From Anaerolineaceae bacterium 4572_78 (GTDB lineage Bacteria; Chloroflexota; Anaerolineae; 4572-78): 64,000 nt of DNA. The notes beneath the pieces were generated by a model that worked only from the letters and a program-made list of their open reading frames with translations, was not told the DNA's origin and did no database searches. Numbering within the stretch: the first letter of the stretch is position 1; every line of letters starts with the position of its first letter. A program made the translations under genes and the position numbers. Shown here piece after piece: positions 58,520 to 64,000 of this stretch. Location: positions 5,082-69,081 of the forward strand of contig NBMH01000045.1 in the NCBI GenBank assembly GCA_002084875.1, given 5' to 3'.

Positions 58520-59860
58520 TTATTTCCGAGTCGCCTGTTTAGCAAAACGCTTGGCAGCTGAGGCAGTAGTCCTCACTGCTTGATAGACATCAGCTGTGTC
58601 ATCGCCTTGTTGACCACTTGGCATATGTCCATCACTACGGGTACTTTGCACAATATCGGGTAAAGCCTTAGCTAAAATGAGCGTAGATAATGCCGACTCG
58701 CCACCTGATTGATTGACCAAAATAGGACGTGGTACCGTTTTGACCAATTTTTCAGCGACATCTAGTCGTCTCATTTCCAATTCATACTGCAAAACAGCAC
58801 GATTATCTTGGTATGACTTACCTAAGCTGGTTAATGCTCGGGCTTCATTTTCAGCCGATGTTAGTTCGGCTTGACCATCAGCCTCGATATCTAAGCGAAT
58901 CTTTTCAGCCTTTGCCTCCTGCTCTTGTAGCATTTGAGCCACACTCTCTTTTGCCTGATTGACCGCTTCCTTAACTAACCGCAACTTTTCATCACGGTCT
59001 TTCTTTGCCCGTTCAATCTCCATGTGAATCATATCGTTACGTTGTTTCTTGGTCAATTCCCATTCTTTTTCATACGAAGACCGCTCTTTTGCCACACGTT
59101 CATGTGTAGCTAAATTTCCTTGATATTGGTCAGGCAGACGCACATCAGGAATATTCGCCCCTGTAATCTTTATACCATAACGCGACATTTGCCGATTGAG
59201 GGTTTCTCGCATGCCGCCGACATCACTTCCACGCAAATCGTAGGCATTAGCTGTTTCCAACAAACGACAACGACGACGAATGGCATCCTGCACAGCACTA
59301 CTCAACACAATATCAAAATTACTAGCACCGATATTTCGCACAAAACGAATCGGGTCCGTAATTCGTAATTTAAGGAAAAATTCAATGGATTTCAACGGCA
59401 CATTTTCTTTTGTCGGACATGCTAATACTGGTGCCGTGTAGGGAATTTCTGTCGAGGTATCGACGATATACTCAACCTTTTCCCAAGGCCAAAACAAGAA
59501 ATGACGACCTGGTTCTAACACTCCTACAATTTTACCGTATTTGGATAACACACCAGTAGTACCTTGTTCAATCTCAACTAAGATACTATTGCGAGCTGCA
59601 ACACTCCCAAAAACAACAAATACAATCCCTGCTAAAACACCAAACAAGAGGCTTGTCACAGGCAACCATATAAGTGCAACAAAGAAATAAAATGCCAGTC
59701 CAAACCAGCCCATCCAGCCAAAACTGCGTTTCTCTTTGGGGATGACCACTGGAACTAAATTCCCATCTTCTCCTGAACGTAACAGTTGTTTGACTTCATT
59801 CCAACTGGCTACAACTTCTTTTATTTTAGAAAAACCATTTTGATTTATATTAGCTGCCAT
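58520..59860 (-). CDS. SPFH/band-7 domain protein
   Basis: Two TMs, V.IEQGTTGVLSKYGK...LEPGRHF, PTKENV, I.DP..F, long coiled coil. Confidence 0.88.
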   Translation of the reverse strand: MAANINQNGFSKIKEVVASWNEVKQLLRSGEDGNLVPVVIPKEKRSFGWMGWFGLAFYFFVALIWLPVTSLLFGVLAGIVFVVFGSVAARNSILVEIEQGTTGVLSKYGKIVGVLEPGRHFLFWPWEKVEYIVDTSTEIPYTAPVLACPTKENVPLKSIEFFLKLRITDPIRFVRNIGASNFDIVLSSAVQDAIRRRCRLLETANAYDLRGSDVGGMRETLNRQMSRYGIKITGANIPDVRLPDQYQGNLATHERVAKERSSYEKEWELTKKQRNDMIHMEIERAKKDRDEKLRLVKEAVNQAKESVAQMLQEQEAKAEKIRLDIEADGQAELTSAENEARALTSLGKSYQDNRAVLQYELEMRRLDVAEKLVKTVPRPILVNQSGGESALSTLILAKALPDIVQSTRSDGHMPSGQQGDDTADVYQAVRTTASAAKRFAKQATRK

Positions 59861-61358
59861 AATCCCCTCCCAATTCTTCTTTTTTGGCTTCTACTAATTC
59901 TTTAATTTTTCTACCACGTTGCACAACGCGTGTTTCAATTTCCTGCATACGATTTCGGATATCTTGAATATCCTTTGGCGTATAAAGGGTGGTATCTTTT
60001 AGTCCCATCGTTTCTTTGGCAATTTCCATCAAGTTAATCTCATTTTGGTCAGCCGGACCGACATTGATAACTTGAGGCAGACTACTAGAAACTGATTCGA
60101 TTTTATCTAAAATCCGTTTTTGATACCTATATTCTAGGATTTCAGGATACCGTCCGCTATTAATGGCACGAATATCAAGAGATTGTGCTTCTAAGAGAGC
60201 CGCATTTGCCTTTGCCTCACTCTTTGCCTCAATAAGCAGTTGCTTAGCATAAGCATTTGCTTTATTGATTTCCATCTCATAAGCAGTATCAATTTGAGCC
60301 TGATAGGTAGCAATAACCGCTTTGATTTCCGAAAGAGTTTCTCGTAATGAAGCCAAGTCCTTATTCAATTCACCTTCATCTTGTTCTTTTTGCAACTTGA
60401 GTTCATACTCATAAGTATAGGCTTCCTTTGCCACTCGAATCACTTCAGAGGCGGCTAAGTCCATGCGATATTTTTGGCTAGATGGTTCAGCAAGGGTGAT
60501 GTTGGCACTGGTAAACCGAACGGCTGGCAAAAATTGATTATTGAGTGTATCCAACATGCCTTGTGTACTTTCGCCCACCAAGTCATAAATGGATTCCGCT
60601 CGTTGTTCGTAGATTAGAGAACGTGTAACTTCACTAACAGCATTTTGCAACTTCTCTGAAAAGCCTTGAGACCCACCCAATGTGAAAATAAATTTATTGG
60701 GGTCTTCTATCCGAAATTGCAAAAATAGGTCAACCGAAGCCTCCACTCGTTCTTGAGTCGGTGCTTGACGGATGGGAGCGTTATACGGATACTCGCGGGT
60801 AGTATTGACCACATAGCTAACCTTCTTCCATGGGTCAAGCAAAACCTTTTGACCTGGTCCGACTTCTTCGACGACCTTACCCCATTTGGTAATAAGAGCC
60901 TTACAGCCGTCAGGAATCATAACATAAGTATTTTGCCAGGCTCCAAAGGCAATGATAAACACCCACAAAATCCAATAATGTGGACCAACAAATGCCCATT
61001 GACTAAGTGCCAATCCTACTATGCCGACAATGAACATAAATCCTGCCAACCATAACCAACCCCAATTACGAGAATGTTTTGGCATGACCACAGGGGAAAT
61101 AACATTAACATAATCTCCCGATTCTTTCTGTTTCGCGGTGGAACGATTCAACGTTTGAGCCGCTTCAATTAACGATGTAACCGTTTGCTCAATTCGTGTA
61201 TCGATTGAACCACTACCCATGTCCTTTGCCGAAAGAAAGTCTTGCGGGTTCATGCGAAATTCATCCGATTCTGCTATGTCAGACATGGTATCTCCTATTT
61301 GAGACACTGTCCGTCCCATTTGAGACATCGTCCTAGCCGCTTGCTTAAATTTACTCAT
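59850..61358 (-). CDS. SPFH/band-7 domain protein (partner paralog)
   Basis: Two TMs, VMIPDG..ALITKWGK....GPG, PTQERV..VDLFLQFRIEDP, coiled coil; overlaps partner start. Confidence 0.88.
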   Translation of the reverse strand: MSKFKQAARTMSQMGRTVSQIGDTMSDIAESDEFRMNPQDFLSAKDMGSGSIDTRIEQTVTSLIEAAQTLNRSTAKQKESGDYVNVISPVVMPKHSRNWGWLWLAGFMFIVGIVGLALSQWAFVGPHYWILWVFIIAFGAWQNTYVMIPDGCKALITKWGKVVEEVGPGQKVLLDPWKKVSYVVNTTREYPYNAPIRQAPTQERVEASVDLFLQFRIEDPNKFIFTLGGSQGFSEKLQNAVSEVTRSLIYEQRAESIYDLVGESTQGMLDTLNNQFLPAVRFTSANITLAEPSSQKYRMDLAASEVIRVAKEAYTYEYELKLQKEQDEGELNKDLASLRETLSEIKAVIATYQAQIDTAYEMEINKANAYAKQLLIEAKSEAKANAALLEAQSLDIRAINSGRYPEILEYRYQKRILDKIESVSSSLPQVINVGPADQNEINLMEIAKETMGLKDTTLYTPKDIQDIRNRMQEIETRVVQRGRKIKELVEAKKEELGGDYGS

Positions 61359-61469
61359 ACACACCAGCCTTTGTGTAAATATTAAAACTAAATGTAAATG
61401 CGTTTACTTCTAGAGGTATAACACATTTTGACTTAGTAGTCAAATTTGCTAGTGTATTTTGATTTAAAA

Positions 61470-61495
61470 AGTAGGGGCGGCCGTACGCCCCTACT
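61470..61495. repeat. Family C GTAG-type hairpin
   Basis: AGTAGGGGCGGCCGTACGCCCCTACT. Confidence 0.85.
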
Positions 61496-61532
61496 ACTAG
61501 CTGACAAAAGGTGGAGTGAATAATTACCAATT

Positions 61533-62408
61533 TTATCCCCAAAAAGTTCGCACAAATATCACATCACCCCAAACCATGATAATCCAGCCAACGATAATTA
61601 AAAATGGTCCATAAGGAATATAAGTTCGTTTGGTAACCAGTCCGAATAATAATGTTGGAACTAATACAATGCCTGCTAAAATAGCACTGTACAAGATAAC
61701 CAAAATAATATAAGGAAAAGCAGTAATTAATCCTAGAAATGTTGCTAATGTAACATCGCCACTACCAAGCCCACCTTTGTATAAAAGATTACCAAAAACA
61801 AAAAGCCCGTAAAAAATAATAAAGCCAACTGCTCCACCAAAAATTGCCTGTCTCCAATTGAAGGTCAAGCTAAAAAAACTTCCCATGACAGCTAGCAAAA
61901 TAGCAGGTAGAATTATAACATTTTGGATGAGGCGGTGTTCCAAATCAGTTACCATGAGCAGGATTAAAATGCTGGTGTAGGCAAATAAAAATCCCAAATG
62001 TGGTGAAGCCCCTTCGTAGTGATACAAAAAAATGAACAAGATAGGCGTTATTAGTTCAACGATAACTAACCGTAAACCGATAGTTTTACCACATGCCGTA
62101 GGACGGACTTCTAGGCTATCCCGAACTGTACATTTATGATTGCCTGTTAGATAAGCAATCACCGCACTCCATTGCATCCATTTTTTAGGAGCATGACAAT
62201 ATTTTGTCTGGAGTCCACAGTCTTTTGTGGATAAACTTTTATCATCATCCGCAGTGGCAGTTGAAATATACGAAGTATTATCATCCACAAAATTTTTACA
62301 AAACGGAACTTGCCAAAGCGATTCTCGTAAAGGGAGCACAGAAGCACAATGGTTAATCACAACTCCAACAATCCAACCAATTAAAAAAATAGTCCCAGAA
62401 ATTAGCAT
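61533..62408 (-). CDS. A24 prepilin peptidase with insertions in its zinc-binding domain
   Basis: G..VG..IN, TDLEHRLI, GLGSGDVTL (catalytic Asp motifs), IPYGPFL; both CxxC pairs expanded. Confidence 0.88.
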   Translation of the reverse strand: MLISGTIFLIGWIVGVVINHCASVLPLRESLWQVPFCKNFVDDNTSYISTATADDDKSLSTKDCGLQTKYCHAPKKWMQWSAVIAYLTGNHKCTVRDSLEVRPTACGKTIGLRLVIVELITPILFIFLYHYEGASPHLGFLFAYTSILILLMVTDLEHRLIQNVIILPAILLAVMGSFFSLTFNWRQAIFGGAVGFIIFYGLFVFGNLLYKGGLGSGDVTLATFLGLITAFPYIILVILYSAILAGIVLVPTLLFGLVTKRTYIPYGPFLIIVGWIIMVWGDVIFVRTFWG

Positions 62409-62471
62409 TTAATGTTCCATTTTAAGATTAATAGTTGACAATCAGCTACTAATCTTTAATAATTTATTTCA

Positions 62472-63995
62472 ATGAAAAAAATATTATTCCCTTTGCTGAT
62501 TATTTTTTTGTTACCATTAGCATGTAACATATATACACAAGAACAAACTCCAGTTTATGTTACAACTTCTCCTCACAACATGGTTCCGTCGTTTGATTTG
62601 TCATTGCATAAACAAGCAATGCAACCTTGTTTTGCAGATGACGTTGACAAAAATATTAAGAAAGGTATCACGATATATAATATCAAAATAAATATCATTC
62701 CGTCAAGTTTAGCTACTGAACCTAAGTTTATTGGCTCAATGCATGTCCATTATACCAATACAGAATCGGTTATGCTAAACCAGTTGTTTTTCCGTCTCTT
62801 TCCAAACACATCTGCTTTTGGTGGTACAATGAATATTTCTTCAACATACATCAATAATCAATTGATAAATCCTGAACTTGTATCAGGAAATAGTACCTTG
62901 ATTATTCCTCTCAGTACTCCTTTGGCTCCAAATGACCATGTTCAAATTTACATGACTTATGAGGCAACAATTCCAACCACGATGCAAAATGGGTATGGTC
63001 GGTACACGTATTATAACGACGTACTTTCATTGCCAAATTTTTATCCTATCATTCCTGTTTTTGATGATAAGGGCTGGCATGTTGAAACATCCATTCCTTA
63101 TGGCGATGTAACCTATACCGATATTGCCTTATACGATGTTACTATTACCGCTCCCAAAAATATGATAATAGTTACTTCGGGCGATATTATTGCCAAATCG
63201 ACAAGACATGAGGTACAGACGGTTCGAGCAGTCACAGGTCCCATGCGTGACTTTTATATTACAATGAGTGAAAAATTTCAAAGTGTTAGTCAAGAAATTG
63301 ACGGAATAAAAATCAACAGTTATTATCCAGCAGAACAGACTGAACAAGGCAAGTTTGCCTTAACGGTAGCGGTTGAGTCTTTTAGAACATTCAACCAACT
63401 TTTTATTCCATACCCATACCATGAGTTTGACGTTGTGGCTGTTCCGACTAAAGCGGGCGGCATGGAATATCCTGGTATTATTGTCGTTGCCAAACGGTAT
63501 TATTATCAAACCGAGAAAGACTTTTTTGAATTTGTTACTGTCCATGAGACAATACATCAATGGTGGTATGGTCTAGTTGGAAACGACCAAATTAATTATC
63601 CATGGCTAGACGAAGCCTTAACACAGTATACATGTATTCAGTATTATGAAAATCGTTATGGAGATGGACAGCGAAAAAGACAGATTGACAGATGGTTTAA
63701 TAACAGCTATCAAATTTTGCTTAATACCAATTCAGACCGACCTGTTGCTGGTATGGTTTCTGATTTTTCTGGTGCAGATGAATATGGTGCTGTTGTTTAC
63801 GGCAAAGGTCCACTTTTTTTTGAGGCGGTTCGAACACAATTGGGGGACGAAGCTTATTTTGACAGCATGCGGACTTATGCCGAATGCTATCGCTACAGTA
63901 TTGCCGACCCACAAGATTTATTAGATATTTTTACTGAAGTGGGAGGACAAAACGTAGAAGATTTGTATCAAGAGTGGATTTTAGGAAGTCAATAG
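62472..63995 (+). CDS. M1-family zinc aminopeptidase, lipoprotein
   Basis: Lipobox PLAC, GGMEYP, VHETIHQWW (HExxH), WLDEAL, VYGKG. Confidence 0.92.
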   Translation: MKKILFPLLIIFLLPLACNIYTQEQTPVYVTTSPHNMVPSFDLSLHKQAMQPCFADDVDKNIKKGITIYNIKINIIPSSLATEPKFIGSMHVHYTNTESVMLNQLFFRLFPNTSAFGGTMNISSTYINNQLINPELVSGNSTLIIPLSTPLAPNDHVQIYMTYEATIPTTMQNGYGRYTYYNDVLSLPNFYPIIPVFDDKGWHVETSIPYGDVTYTDIALYDVTITAPKNMIIVTSGDIIAKSTRHEVQTVRAVTGPMRDFYITMSEKFQSVSQEIDGIKINSYYPAEQTEQGKFALTVAVESFRTFNQLFIPYPYHEFDVVAVPTKAGGMEYPGIIVVAKRYYYQTEKDFFEFVTVHETIHQWWYGLVGNDQINYPWLDEALTQYTCIQYYENRYGDGQRKRQIDRWFNNSYQILLNTNSDRPVAGMVSDFSGADEYGAVVYGKGPLFFEAVRTQLGDEAYFDSMRTYAECYRYSIADPQDLLDIFTEVGGQNVEDLYQEWILGSQ

Positions 63996-64000
63996 ACCAA

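Noticed and set aside
5630-61495. Palindromic 32-34-bp repeats as a CRISPR array
   Set aside because: Copies are dispersed over tens of kb, lack regular unique spacers, and no cas genes are present
616-63924. Numerous 60-175 aa ORFs antisense to or nested in assigned genes
   Set aside because: Shadow ORFs without recognisable motifs, overlapping well-supported genes
1-64000. tRNA, rRNA, tmRNA or prophage genes
   Set aside because: No cloverleaf/T-loop signatures, rRNA-like tracts or phage structural genes noticed by eye; tRNAscan-SE and Rfam were not run

Overview
AT-rich bacterial chromosomal segment. The gene content (LCP protein, Pro/Thr-stalk membrane proteins, CpaB, GT-C-type glycosyltransferase, FHA/VWA proteins) looks monoderm and Chloroflexota/Anaerolineae-like; this is inference, not a database result. 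Most of the window is housekeeping or envelope genes (tilS, metG, pth, acpS, acyP, citrate lyase, acyl-CoA dehydrogenases, peptide ABC importer, ECF sigma module, SPFH pair, prepilin peptidase, M1 peptidase). The first 5.6 kb is a small defence/conflict island: a decayed RHS gene, four tandem mosaic paralogs of a PD-(D/E)XK-like protein (three with their own sigma70-type promoter, the fourth promoter interrupted), IS1 and RelE scraps, and a long prokaryotic Argonaute whose C-terminus appears replaced. Other notable structure: an integron-type attC site with a gene cassette but no integrase (44.1-44.9 kb); two truncated omega-RNA/HEARO-like 5' ends; a three-gene FHA/VWA/Ig membrane module sharing one cytoplasmic Ig-like domain; a DUF6575-like domain fused to a kleisin (MukF/JetA)-like body; and several families of short palindromic repeats, repeatedly found in frame inside protein-coding genes. 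Many genes carry clean internal deletions, which may be decay or assembly artefact. No rRNA, tRNA or CRISPR array was seen.
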